DNA from: Gemmatimonadales bacterium
Lineage (GTDB): Bacteria > Gemmatimonadota > Gemmatimonadetes > Gemmatimonadales > GWC2-71-9
Direction: 5' to 3'
Length of the DNA stretch: 51,324 bases
Assembly (NCBI GenBank): GCA_041613315.1
Contig: JBFJHJ010000022.1
Location: forward strand, 1-51,324
Shown here one piece after another: positions 18,372 through 28,121 of the stretch. Position 1 is the first letter of the stretch. The number at the start of each line of letters is the position of its first letter. The notes beneath the pieces were generated by a model. The model was not told where the DNA came from. It did not search any database and saw only the letters and a program-made list of their open reading frames with translations. A program made the translations under genes and the position numbers.

Positions 18372-19967
18372 CTAGAAGCGCGACCCCGTGAGCGTGACGT
18401 CGGCCCCCGCCCACGCGCGACGCAGCCGCTGCGCCGCCGCGTCGGCCTCCGGGGCTTTGCCTTGTGCGCGCAACGCCTCCGTCAGGCCGTAGAGCGACCA
18501 CCCGTTCTCGGGAAATCGCTCGAGGTCTTCGCGATACACGGTTTCCGCCTCGGCGGGCCGACCGGCCGCCAGCAACGCCTTTCCGAGCGAATGACGCATG
18601 GGGTAATACCACGTGGGCGGCTCGTTGTAGGTGAGCCCGTCTTCCAGGTCGACGGCGAGCCGGAAGTGATCGATCGCGTCGGCTACGTCGCCGCGCCGCG
18701 CGGCCATCTCCCCCATCAACGCATGCGCCGCGATCTGGGTCGCAACCTGGTTATCGCCCGGCGGTAATACCTGCGCGACGGCGGCCAACGTATCGAGCGT
18801 CGCCCGCGCCTCCTCATCTCGCCCGGCGGCAGCAAGCGCCACACCCCTGGCGTAGTAAGCCATCGCGGTCGCAAAGCGAAACTCCGGCGGTGGGAGCGGC
18901 TCACGTAGAATCTCGTCCCACCGTCCAAAGGTCGTGAGCGTCCAATAGGTGACGGGCGTGATCGCCTCGAGCCAGCCTACCTCCCGCACGATGTCCGGCC
19001 CGATCGTCGCCACAACCGCGCGGGCGGCGGAAATGGCGATGGCACTCCGCCCCGCCATGCTCGCGGCGAAGCTCATGAAGTGATAGTTGTGCGGGTAATA
19101 GCCCTGCGCGTAGATGCCGTGCTTGAGGGCCGACGGACCCTCGAGGTACGACTCGTCGGCGTGCACCGCGTGCCGGTTCGCCTCAATGGCGTCCGCGTAC
19201 CGCCCGACTCGCACGTAGATATGCCCCGGCATGTGCACGATGTGGCCCGCGCCCGGCATCAGACCTGCCAGCCGCTCAGCACATGGGACCGCCCGCTCCG
19301 GCGTGGTCGCTTCGACCGCATGGATGAAGAGATGGCATGCACCGGGGTTGTCGGGGTCTCGCTGCATCACGGTTTCGAGACGTCTCAAGACCTCCGGCGT
19401 GTCCGGTCGGGGGCTACCGTCGCGCGTCCAGTAGTTCCACGGGCTCAAGTTCATCAAGGCGTCGGCGTAGAGCACCTGGACGTCGCCGTCCGCAGGATAG
19501 GCATCCGCGACCCGTGCCATGGCGCGCGCGTAGGCGGAGTCGAGCGGCGGACGGTCCGCGATGGGGGCCGCGGCATAGCGCTGCGACAAGGCGGTAATCA
19601 GCGCGCGTTCCTTCGAGGTCCCGGCGGAACTCCGCGCCACCGCCCGCTGGATCGCGGCGTACGCCGCGACCGCCGCGGCAGAGTCCATCGGCGCGTTGAT
19701 ATTCGGACCGTACGCCAGCGCGATGCCCCAGGGGCACATGGCGCACCGCGGATCGCGGCGCTCGGCTTCCTGGAAGGCCCTGACGGCCTCGGCGTGATTG
19801 AACGCGTACACGAGGCGCAACCCCTGATCGAAGTAGCGTTGGGTCTGCGGGTTGGCCGCGGTGATGGCATGGTGGTGACTTCCGAGATCGTCGTACAGTG
19901 GAACGGACGCTTGCGGAAGCGACGCAACCGCTGCCGCGGCGAGCATCGCCGTACCGAGGATTGTCAT
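18372..19967 (-). CDS. Exported TPR protein with His-rich motifs
   Basis: Signal peptide; YFDQGLRLVYAFNHAEA, WGIALAYGPNIN, HLFIHAVE, GHIVHMPGHIY, PENGWSLYGL. Confidence 0.8.
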   Translation of the reverse strand: MTILGTAMLAAAAVASLPQASVPLYDDLGSHHHAITAANPQTQRYFDQGLRLVYAFNHAEAVRAFQEAERRDPRCAMCPWGIALAYGPNINAPMDSAAAVAAYAAIQRAVARSSAGTSKERALITALSQRYAAAPIADRPPLDSAYARAMARVADAYPADGDVQVLYADALMNLSPWNYWTRDGSPRPDTPEVLRRLETVMQRDPDNPGACHLFIHAVEATTPERAVPCAERLAGLMPGAGHIVHMPGHIYVRVGRYADAIEANRHAVHADESYLEGPSALKHGIYAQGYYPHNYHFMSFAASMAGRSAIAISAARAVVATIGPDIVREVGWLEAITPVTYWTLTTFGRWDEILREPLPPPEFRFATAMAYYARGVALAAAGRDEEARATLDTLAAVAQVLPPGDNQVATQIAAHALMGEMAARRGDVADAIDHFRLAVDLEDGLTYNEPPTWYYPMRHSLGKALLAAGRPAEAETVYREDLERFPENGWSLYGLTEALRAQGKAPEADAAAQRLRRAWAGADVTLTGSRF

Positions 19968-20019
19968 GATCGCGCTTCCTCCCCCTGAGAGCGACACGGC
20001 AGGCGCGGTGGTGCTCCAC

Positions 20020-20034
20020 GCCAGCGACGTGCCA
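20020..20034 (-). promoter_or_regulatory. Putative sigma54 -24/-12 promoter for the TPR gene
   Basis: - strand TGGCACG-TCGC-TGGC; GG-N10-GC spacing; one mismatch to TTGC; 53 nt upstream of ATG. Confidence 0.45.
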
Positions 20035-20229
20035 CAATGTCTCGGCGACACGGCCGGCCCGCCAGGGGGGCGGCGACCTCGTCCCGGTCGCCGAGGGCGT
20101 CTGACGCCGCTCCCGACGCACGCACGCCGTTGCGCTCGCCGCAACACCGTCGGCGCAGCGGTGGCCAGGCTTGCGAGCCAGCCCGCAGGTCGCTATGTCA
20201 CAGGTACACCGACGAAAGCGGGGCACGCC

Positions 20230-20433
20230 ATGCCGGGTGGTAAGGAGATGATGCAGCAGCTGCAGGGAGCCCTTGGGAAGTTCGAAGAGGCGATCAAGCG
20301 CCGCGAGCACGCCAACCTCCTCGACAGCAAGGTCACGATGCAGCAGGAAGTGGACCACGCCCGGGAACGGGTCGTCGAGGTGGTCGTGGATCTCGTCCGC
20401 GGCGCCCGTCAAGGCGCGGCGGCGAGAAAGTAG
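20230..20433 (+). CDS. Small helical hypothetical protein
   Basis: Amphipathic helical sequence, GC3-rich codons; alternative start 20251 after taaggag. Confidence 0.6.
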   Translation: MPGGKEMMQQLQGALGKFEEAIKRREHANLLDSKVTMQQEVDHARERVVEVVVDLVRGARQGAAARK

Positions 20434-20499
20434 ACGGCCGCTCGTCCAAGTCCCGGGGCACGGCGGCCGTGACGCGAGGGAGGAGGCTCGGCAGCACTG

Positions 20500-20982
20500 A
20501 TGACGCAGATCGCAGAGTTCCAGGTTCGGCGCGGCCAGCGCCGCTCGGGCGCCGACCGCCGTTCCGGTGAGGAGCGCCGCCACGGCGAGCGGCGCGGCGG
20601 CTCCCAGGTCGTGGCGGAGGAGCGGCGGCGCGGCGGGGACCGGCGCGGGCAGGTGCGCCGCGGCGGGTTGCTGCGGCGACGTATCGCAGATCGCCGTGGT
20701 GAGTACGGGCGCCGCGCCCGCCGAGAGCTCTCCGATGACGATCGCCAACAGGCCCGGCGCCTGCCCGAAGAGTTCCTCGCGAGGTCGGGCACGCCCGCCG
20801 AACGGATAGCTGACGTAGTCCACCGCCTCTGGACCGACTGCCCGGCCGCGGTGCGCACCGGCATCGCCGAAGGTGTCCTCCCGCTTCTCAAGCCGCTCGC
20901 CCAGGATCGCGGCGCAGTCACCGAGCAGTTGCGTGAGCGCTGCGCGGAGGTCGTGGCACGCTGGCTCGCCCGCGTGGCCTGA
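20500..20982 (+). CDS. Hypothetical protein with N-terminal (D/E)RR repeats
   Basis: RRSGADRRSGEERRHGERR...EERRRGGDRR...IADRR then a helical domain; ggagg upstream. Confidence 0.6.
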   Translation: MTQIAEFQVRRGQRRSGADRRSGEERRHGERRGGSQVVAEERRRGGDRRGQVRRGGLLRRRIADRRGEYGRRARRELSDDDRQQARRLPEEFLARSGTPAERIADVVHRLWTDCPAAVRTGIAEGVLPLLKPLAQDRGAVTEQLRERCAEVVARWLARVA

Positions 20983-21261
20983 TCCCGCGCAGTTCGGGAA
21001 CCCTCCAAGACATCGAGCCACGACCGAGCGGCGCCGTCAGCCGGCGCGGCATCCGCCTTCTCGCGGCCCGGCCGCCGTGGACTTCTGCACCTGCGGTGGC
21101 GAGATTGCCCACAGACGCACGGGGCGGTTCGTTTTCGATGCCGCTGAACTCGCCGGACGTGGCACATGGAGCGCGCACGTGAAGGTCGGATGCGGCAGGG
21201 GCCGGTCGCTCCTGCCGCTTCTCCGTGCCGCGACGGTCCGCATGAACGGGAAGGCCACCGC

Positions 21262-22029
21262 ATGATTCAGCGCGACGACGACGACGGGATCGCCGTGCTG
21301 CGGTTGGCGCACGGCAAGGCGAGTGCGCTCGATACCGAGCTGCTGGCGGCGCTCGCCGCCGAGCTCGACGCGGTCGAGAAGTCGGGGACGCTCGACGGTA
21401 TCGTGTTGACGGGGACGGGAGCCATCTTCTCCGCCGGCGTCGACCTGTTTCGGGTGCTCGAGGGCGGGCCGGCCTATCTGGATGCGTTCCTTCCGACGCT
21501 GGACCGCTCGCTCCGCCGTCTCTTTACGTTCCCGCGGCCCGTGGTGGCGGCACTCAATGGGCACGCGGTGGCCGGCGGATGCGTGCTCGCATTCGCGTGC
21601 GACTACCGGCTCATGGTTGAGGGGAACAGCACGATCGGCGTCCCCGAACTTCCGGTCGGCGTGCCGTTTCCCGCGATCGCCCTCGAAATCCTGCGGTTCG
21701 GAGCGCCGGCCGACCGGCTCCAGGAGATCGTGTACCTTGGCAAGACCTACGCCGTGCGGGACGCGCTGAAGCGCGGGCTGATCGACGAGACCGCGACACC
21801 GGACGCGTTGGTCCCCCGGGCCACGGAGGTGGTTCGACAGCTCGCCGCGATCCCGAAAGCGACATTCGCGCTCACCAAACGCCAGTTGCGGCAACCCGTC
21901 CTGGAACGCATCGACCGCCAAGCGCGGGCGGCGGATGCCGAGGTGGCGCGGGCGTGGGCCAGCCCGGAGATCCACACGGCGATCCGATCCTACGTCCAAC
22001 GCCGTATCAAAGGGCGTGATCGGGGATAG
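21262..22029 (+). CDS. Enoyl-CoA hydratase/isomerase family protein
   Basis: FSAGVDL, PVVAALNGHAVAGGCVLAFACDYR, GVPE; ATG 21262. Confidence 0.9.
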   Translation: MIQRDDDDGIAVLRLAHGKASALDTELLAALAAELDAVEKSGTLDGIVLTGTGAIFSAGVDLFRVLEGGPAYLDAFLPTLDRSLRRLFTFPRPVVAALNGHAVAGGCVLAFACDYRLMVEGNSTIGVPELPVGVPFPAIALEILRFGAPADRLQEIVYLGKTYAVRDALKRGLIDETATPDALVPRATEVVRQLAAIPKATFALTKRQLRQPVLERIDRQARAADAEVARAWASPEIHTAIRSYVQRRIKGRDRG

Positions 22030-22115
22030 CGTGCGGCGGTGCTTGCCTCCCGACGGGCAGCCGTCCATACATCAAGGGGTAAACGGCAAAGCCCGACACC
22101 TACCGGGAGGCGGCC

Positions 22116-22526
22116 ATGGCCGACACCATCCGAAAGATCGACTACTTCTATACCACCATCCCCAACAAGCCCGGCGAGGGCGCGCGCGTGCTCAACGCGC
22201 TCAAGGGCGCAGGCGTCAATCTGCTCGCGTTCCACGCGTTCCCCGGAGAGAAAGCCTCACAGCTCGATTTCTTCCCCCAGGACGCCGCGGCCTTCACGAA
22301 GGCAGCGAAGCAGGCTAACGTCACGCTGAGCCCGAAGAAGACGGCGTTTCTCGCCGAAGGCGACGACCGCGTCGGGGCCGCCGCCGACATTCTCGGTAAG
22401 TTGGGCGCCGCGAAGATCAACGTGACGGCAATGGATGCGGTGCGCGTTGGCGGCCGGTTCGGCGCGATCGTCTGGGTGGCGCCCGGAGACGTCGACAAGG
22501 CCGCCAAGGCACTGGGCGCCAAGTAA
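22116..22526 (+). CDS. Tandem ACT-domain protein
   Basis: PNKPGEGARVLNALKGAGVNL and DDRVGAAADILGKLGAAKINV; RBS gggagg. Confidence 0.8.
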   Translation: MADTIRKIDYFYTTIPNKPGEGARVLNALKGAGVNLLAFHAFPGEKASQLDFFPQDAAAFTKAAKQANVTLSPKKTAFLAEGDDRVGAAADILGKLGAAKINVTAMDAVRVGGRFGAIVWVAPGDVDKAAKALGAK

Positions 22527-22608
22527 CGGTCGCGGGCCGGTCCAGGCACTTACGTCCGGCCGTCGGCGGGGGTAGCCTATCCGTCCCCTCCTGGGCGAGC
22601 GGAAGACG

Positions 22609-22624
22609 TGTGACACGGTTCACG
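22609..22624. promoter_or_regulatory. CRP/FNR-family-like site
   Basis: TGTGA-CACGGT-TCACG, 9/10 match to TGTGA-N6-TCACA, intergenic upstream of the M24 gene. Confidence 0.35.
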
Positions 22625-22768
22625 AGCCTCTCACGGTGGCCGCGGTTCCAGCGGTGCCGGCATTCCTCGATCGCGACTCGGCGGCATCGCACCCTCCCCT
22701 GGCCCCGCGACCGGCGGACCGTCATCGCCGAGCGTGATGGCGCCACCGACACTGGGTAAGGAGTCACC

Positions 22769-24283
22769 ATGGCACTCGACCGACGGCAGTTCATCAGGAT
22801 GGCCGGGCTCGGCGCCGGGAGCGCGTTGGTGCTTGGCCCGCGTGAGGCATGGCCCGACGAACGCGCGATGTCGCGTGCGGAGTCGTCCGACAGTTTCGTG
22901 CTGTTGCGCAAGGAGCAACGGAAGCGCCGCAGCGCGCTACCGGCGGCGGCGGAGGGACACCGGCTGCCGCTGGCGTGGTACAAGGCGAAAGCCAAGGCGC
23001 TCAAAGCGGAGGCACGTCGGCGCGGGGTGGACGGCGGTCTGCTTCTCACCCAGCGGTGGAACATCATCTACGCTACGGGACTACTCCACTCGACCACGGA
23101 GCGTCCCTTCGCCTGTTTCCTGCCCATGGACGACGACGAAGGGTGTATCTGGCTGCACCCGTACCTCGACCACTCGCTCGTAGAAGGGTGGTGGAACACC
23201 GCGGCGCATTCCTACTTCGATTATCACCATGCCGCCGGCGGGCGCCCCGATCAGCAACAAGTGCAGCAGGGCGACACGGTCAACATCTACCGGTGGTGGG
23301 GCGAGACGCTGGACCGCCTGGGGTATGGCAGTCGGACCATCGGGATCGACAGCGGCGCGGCGGCGGAGATCGGGGTGCTGCCGGGCCAAGACGACGCGAA
23401 ACGCCTCAGCGTCTTCGGCGAGATCGAGGTGCCGAAGAAGCACCGACCGGACAGCGGGAAGTTCGGCTTCGTCGCGAAAGCGATCCCCACCGCGCAATTC
23501 GTCGACGTCTACGACATTCTCATGCGCCACCGGATGGTGAAGGACGACGCGGAGAACCGGCTGACCCAGCGGGCGATGGACTATTTCTCGGAGCTCCATG
23601 CCTTCGTGCGCAACTACCTCATCGAGCGCGGCAGCGGCACCCTTGACTGGGAAGTGGAAAACGCCGCACGCCAATGGGGGATGCACCGTCTCATGGAAGA
23701 CATTCCTCAGGATGGCGAGCCGCACAACGCGGTGGGAATCGATGTGGGAGTGGGATGCCGCACGGGCCGCAAGACGGCGTACCCGCACCCCAACCAGGTC
23801 TCCTGGGCCCGTATCGAGCCCGGCCACGCCCTCCAGTTCGCCGGCGTGGTCCGCCTCGGCGGGTATGGCGGCGAGCAATACCGCTCGTTCCTGTTCGCCC
23901 CGTGGACGGAGTGGCAGCAGCACGTGTGGGAAGTGCACACCGCGTCGTACTTCATCCAGGCGGAGCAGTCGCGGGAGGGCAACACGTGCTCGAGCGTGGC
24001 CAAGGCCGTGCACGAGTATCAGGTCAAGAACCGGTGCGCGAAGCTCGTCTATCATCGGCCCGGCCACGGTGAGGGCATGGAGGGACATCAGCCGCCCTAC
24101 CACGCGCTTGGAGACTACACTGTGTTGCGGGCGGGCATGCACTTTTCCAACGAGCCGGGGCTCTATGATCCCGACAACGCCTTCGGTTTCAATCACTCCA
24201 ACAACATTCTGGTCGCGCGGGACACGGGGCTTCAGATGGGAACGGCGCCGTGTGACAAGGAATGGTGTCTGCTGACGCTGTGA
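22769..24283 (+). CDS. Tat-exported M24 (aminopeptidase P/creatinase fold) hydrolase
   Basis: DRRQFIR Tat motif; [23 protein letters not shown] aaggag. Confidence 0.8.
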   Translation: MALDRRQFIRMAGLGAGSALVLGPREAWPDERAMSRAESSDSFVLLRKEQRKRRSALPAAAEGHRLPLAWYKAKAKALKAEARRRGVDGGLLLTQRWNIIYATGLLHSTTERPFACFLPMDDDEGCIWLHPYLDHSLVEGWWNTAAHSYFDYHHAAGGRPDQQQVQQGDTVNIYRWWGETLDRLGYGSRTIGIDSGAAAEIGVLPGQDDAKRLSVFGEIEVPKKHRPDSGKFGFVAKAIPTAQFVDVYDILMRHRMVKDDAENRLTQRAMDYFSELHAFVRNYLIERGSGTLDWEVENAARQWGMHRLMEDIPQDGEPHNAVGIDVGVGCRTGRKTAYPHPNQVSWARIEPGHALQFAGVVRLGGYGGEQYRSFLFAPWTEWQQHVWEVHTASYFIQAEQSREGNTCSSVAKAVHEYQVKNRCAKLVYHRPGHGEGMEGHQPPYHALGDYTVLRAGMHFSNEPGLYDPDNAFGFNHSNNILVARDTGLQMGTAPCDKEWCLLTL

Positions 24284-24288
24284 CGCTC

Positions 24289-24317
24289 TTGACCGCCCCC
24301 GCGGGCGCCGATACGCT
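24289..24317 (+). promoter_or_regulatory. Sigma70-type promoter of the cox-like operon
   Basis: TTGACC-N17-TACGCT. Confidence 0.55.
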
Positions 24318-24407
24318 ACCCGTCCTCATGCGAGCGTCAGACCGGCGGCCGCCCACGAGCGCGGGCGCACCCCGGTCAGCCGCCCGCATCTCGTGGGAGT
24401 GCCACTC

Positions 24408-24902
24408 ATGACCCAATCGCTCACCATCACCGTCAACGGCTCGGCGCACACCCTGGAGGTCGAGCCGCGGGCGCTCCTCGTGCACGTGTTGCGCGAGGAC
24501 CTCAATCTGACCGGGACGCACGTGGGATGCGACACGTCGCAGTGCGGCGCGTGCACCGTGCTGCTCGACGGCCGTGCCGTGAAGAGCTGCGCGGTGCTCG
24601 CCGTCCAAACCGATGGACGGGAGATTACCACCATTGAGGGCCTCGCGCCGAACGGGGATCTCCACCCGCTCCAGCGAGCGTTCTGGGAGCATCACGGACT
24701 GCAGTGCGGCTTCTGCACGCCGGGCATGATCCTGACCGCAGTCGACCTGCTCGACGAGCACGCCGACCCGTCCGACGAGGAGATCCGTCGCGGCATCGAG
24801 GGCAACTACTGTCGCTGCACCGGCTACCAGAACATCGTGGCCGCCATCAAGGCGGCGGCCGCGGAGCTGCGGGCCGGCGCGACCGCCGGCGCCACGCGCT
24901 GA
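24408..24902 (+). CDS. coxS: Molybdenum hydroxylase small (2Fe-2S) subunit
   Basis: [12 protein letters not shown]...SC and QCGFCTPGM...CRCTGY. Confidence 0.92.
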   Translation: MTQSLTITVNGSAHTLEVEPRALLVHVLREDLNLTGTHVGCDTSQCGACTVLLDGRAVKSCAVLAVQTDGREITTIEGLAPNGDLHPLQRAFWEHHGLQCGFCTPGMILTAVDLLDEHADPSDEEIRRGIEGNYCRCTGYQNIVAAIKAAAAELRAGATAGATR

Positions 24903-24912
24903 AGGAGGCCCG

Positions 24913-27267
24913 ATGGCCACACTGTTCGGCTCAGGCATCAAGCGCCGAGAGGACCCTCGCCTCATCACGGGCGCGGCCACCTACACCGACGACGTCAAGC
25001 TGCCGGGGTTGCTGTTCGCCGCCATTCACCGGAGCCCCTATGCGCACGCCCGTCTTCGCTCGGTAGACGTCCGCAAGGCGCGGAGTGCGCCGGGTGTCGT
25101 CGCGGTGTACACCGGCGCGGACATCAAAGACCGGGTCACGCCCGTCCCGTGCGCCTGGAACATCCCCGACTCCGACCTCAAGGTCCCACCGCACCCGCTC
25201 CTGGCGCACGACAAGGTGCGCTACGTCGGCGACGGCGTCGCGTTGGTGGTGGCCCGGTCCCGAGCCGCCGCCCGCGACGCGCTCGACCTGATTGAGGTAG
25301 ACTACGACCCCCTGGAAGCGATCACCGATCCCGAGCGGGCGACCCAGGCCGGCGCCCCACGGCTCCACGAGGAGGTCCCGAACAACATCGGGTTCACCTG
25401 GAAGGTCTCGGGTGGCGACGCGGCGCAGGCGTTCGCCTCGGCCGACGTCAAGGTGGCGCAGAAGATCCTCCAACCACGGCTGCAGCCGACCGCCATCGAG
25501 CCCAGGGCGGCGGTCGGCACCTACAACGCGGCCACCGGCCAACTCACGCTGTGGGTCACGAGCCAGAACCCGCACATCCATCGCTTCTTGTGCTCCGTGA
25601 TGCTCAAGCTGCCCGAGCACAAGGTGCGCGTGATTTCGCCCGAGGTGGGCGGGGGGTTCGGATCGAAGATCCCGGTGTACGCCGACGAGGCGCTGGTGGG
25701 CTTCGCCGCCATGGACCTCAAGCGGCCGGTGAAATGGACCGAGGACCGATCGGAAAACTACAAAGCCACGATCCACGGTCGCGACCACATCGAGTACGTA
25801 GAACTGTGCGGCACGAAGGACGGGCGAATCACCGGCCTCCGCACGAGGGTGTACGCCGGCCTCGGCGCCTACGCCTCCACCGCTGGGCCCGGCGTTCCGA
25901 CCATCTTGCACGGCCTCATGTACTCCGGCGCGTACACCATCGCGAATATCGATGGGACGGTGCACGGCGTGTACACCACGACCACGCCGGTAGATGCCTA
26001 CCGCGGCGCGGGCCGACCCGAGGCGACGTTTCTCGTCGAGCGGCTGGTAGACCTGTACGCGCGTGAGATTGAGATGGATCCGGTCGACGTACGGCGCAAG
26101 AACCTGATTCCCAAGGACAAGTTCCCCTACACCGTCGCGACCGGGCTCACCTACGACTCCGGCAACTACGAGGCGGCGCTCGACAAGGCCCTCCGGCTCA
26201 TCGACTACAAGACGTTCCGTGCGGAACAGGAGCGGGCGCGCCGGGAGAAGCGCTACCTGGGGATCGGTGTGACCACCTACACGGAGATCTGCGGGCTCGG
26301 TCCCTCGCAGGTGGCGGGCGCCGTCGGCTTCGGCGGTGGCCTCTACGACAGCGCCATCGTGCGCGTGTACCCCACTGGCGTCGTGCGCGTGTATATCGGC
26401 GTCAAGCCGCACGGCCAGGGAGAGGAGACCACCTTCGCGCAGATCGTGGCCGACGAGTTCGGGGTGCCCATCGAGAACGTGGAGATCGTGGCTGGCGACA
26501 CCGAGACCACGCCCCAGGGGTGGGGCACGTATGGCAGCCGCACCACGGCCGTAGGCGGCGCGGCGGTGAAGCTCGCCGCGCAGCGCGTGAAGGAAAAGAG
26601 CAAGAAGATCGCCGCCCACCTCCTCGAAGCGAGCGAGGGCGATCTCGAGTGGAAGGACGGCCGCTTCGTCGTGAAGGGCTCACCTGATCAAGCCAAGAGC
26701 TTCGGCGATCTCGCACTGGCCGCGAACGTCGCGTGGAATCTCCCCGAGGGGGTCGAACCGGGCCTCGAGGCCAGCGCTTTCTTCGACCCGAGCAACTTCG
26801 TATACCCGTTCGGCACACACATATGCACCGTCGAGGTGGCGGTCGAGACAGGCGAAGTCACGATCCTGCGTTACGTCGCCGTCGACGACTGCGGTCCCCA
26901 GATCAATCCGATGATCGTCGAGGGCCAGGTGCAGGGCGGCGTGGTCCAGGGCCTAGGCGAGGCGCTGCAGGAGGTCGCCGTCTACGACGAGGACGGTCAG
27001 CTCCTCACGGGCACGCTCATGGACTACGCGGTACCGAAGGCGTCTCAGATGCCGTCGATCGAGGTGGACCACACGGTGACGCCCACGCAGGTGAACCCCC
27101 TCGGCGTGAAGGGCGTCGGCGAGACCGGGACGATCGCGTCGGTCCCCACGCTCGTGAACGCGGTGTGCGATGCACTCGCGCCGCTCGGCGTCAGGCATAT
27201 CGACAAACCGCTCACGCCGGCCAGGGTCTGGGCCGCGATCCAGCAGGCCCAGGGAGGCGCCCGATGA
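24913..27267 (+). CDS. coxL: Molybdenum hydroxylase large subunit, form II CoxL-like
   Basis: RREDPRLITG, VGGGFGSK, AYRGAGR (25996-26016), HGQG, GSRT, KGVGE. Confidence 0.9.
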   Translation: MATLFGSGIKRREDPRLITGAATYTDDVKLPGLLFAAIHRSPYAHARLRSVDVRKARSAPGVVAVYTGADIKDRVTPVPCAWNIPDSDLKVPPHPLLAHDKVRYVGDGVALVVARSRAAARDALDLIEVDYDPLEAITDPERATQAGAPRLHEEVPNNIGFTWKVSGGDAAQAFASADVKVAQKILQPRLQPTAIEPRAAVGTYNAATGQLTLWVTSQNPHIHRFLCSVMLKLPEHKVRVISPEVGGGFGSKIPVYADEALVGFAAMDLKRPVKWTEDRSENYKATIHGRDHIEYVELCGTKDGRITGLRTRVYAGLGAYASTAGPGVPTILHGLMYSGAYTIANIDGTVHGVYTTTTPVDAYRGAGRPEATFLVERLVDLYAREIEMDPVDVRRKNLIPKDKFPYTVATGLTYDSGNYEAALDKALRLIDYKTFRAEQERARREKRYLGIGVTTYTEICGLGPSQVAGAVGFGGGLYDSAIVRVYPTGVVRVYIGVKPHGQGEETTFAQIVADEFGVPIENVEIVAGDTETTPQGWGTYGSRTTAVGGAAVKLAAQRVKEKSKKIAAHLLEASEGDLEWKDGRFVVKGSPDQAKSFGDLALAANVAWNLPEGVEPGLEASAFFDPSNFVYPFGTHICTVEVAVETGEVTILRYVAVDDCGPQINPMIVEGQVQGGVVQGLGEALQEVAVYDEDGQLLTGTLMDYAVPKASQMPSIEVDHTVTPTQVNPLGVKGVGETGTIASVPTLVNAVCDALAPLGVRHIDKPLTPARVWAAIQQAQGGAR

Positions 27268-28118
27268 TCCCATCCGCCTTTGCCTACACGCGTGCCCGCT
27301 CCCTCAACGGCGCCCTCAAGGCGCTCGCCGCGAACGACGGCACGAAGGTGATCGCCGGGGGGCAGACACTGCTACCGCTCCTGCGCTTCCGTCTCGCGCA
27401 GGCGCCCCGCCTCGTGGACATCGGCCATCTCGCAAAGCTGCAGGGGATTCAGAAGGCGCGGGGGGGCGTCCGGATCGGCGCCGCAACCTCGTACCGGGCG
27501 GTGCTCGAATCGGAACTGATCCACGCACGCTACGCCGTTCTCGCCGAAGTAACGGCCGGCATCGCCGACCGGCAGGTCCGGAACCTCGGCACAGTGGGTG
27601 GCAGCCTGGCCCACGCCGACCCAGCCTCGGATCTCCCCGCTGTCATGCTGGCGCTCGGGGCGACCTTCACGCTGCAGTCAGCTCGAGGCAAACGCACTGT
27701 GCCGGCCGCCGATTTCTTCACCGGGCCGTTCACCACGGCGCTCAAGGCCGACGAACTTCTGACCGACATCCACTTGCCGACGCTGCCCAAGCACACCGGA
27801 ACCGCGTACGTCAGCTTCGAACAGAAAGCATCCGGCTACGCCATCGTCGGTGCGGCCGCCGTGGTGAGCCTGTCCCGGCGCACGATCAAGCAGGCGAGCC
27901 TGGCCTTCACCGGGCTCGCCGACACACCGTTCGTCGCCGATGCATCACGCCTGACGGACACCAAAGGTGAGGCCGACGTGATCGCCGACGTCGCCACGGC
28001 CGCCGTCGCCGGCGTCACGGCCAATGACGACATTCATGCGCCGGCGAACTACCGGCTCCACCTGGGCGAAGTGGCGGGCCGACGGGCGCTCACGGCGGCG
28101 CTGCAGCGCGCCGGGTGA
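27264..28118 (+). CDS. coxM: Molybdenum hydroxylase FAD-binding subunit
   Basis: AGGQTLLP, RNLGTVGGSLAHADPASDLP, DIHAPANYR; ATGA overlap with coxL. Confidence 0.9.
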   Translation: MIPSAFAYTRARSLNGALKALAANDGTKVIAGGQTLLPLLRFRLAQAPRLVDIGHLAKLQGIQKARGGVRIGAATSYRAVLESELIHARYAVLAEVTAGIADRQVRNLGTVGGSLAHADPASDLPAVMLALGATFTLQSARGKRTVPAADFFTGPFTTALKADELLTDIHLPTLPKHTGTAYVSFEQKASGYAIVGAAAVVSLSRRTIKQASLAFTGLADTPFVADASRLTDTKGEADVIADVATAAVAGVTANDDIHAPANYRLHLGEVAGRRALTAALQRAG

Positions 28119-28121
28119 CCC

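Noticed and set aside
20160..20174. TGGC...TTGC on the plus strand as a sigma54 promoter
   Set aside because: GG to GC spacing is 8 or 11, not 10.
20520..20700. CRISPR or DNA tandem repeat
   Set aside because: The repetition is at the amino-acid level with variable codons; no identical repeats with spacers.
22630..22768. Riboswitch in the M24 gene leader
   Set aside because: Alternative GC pairings exist, but no recognisable aptamer consensus; expected at this GC content.
24913..27267. Bona fide form I aerobic CO dehydrogenase
   Set aside because: AYRGAGR instead of AYXCSFR (no Cu-binding Cys) and S-L-M order.
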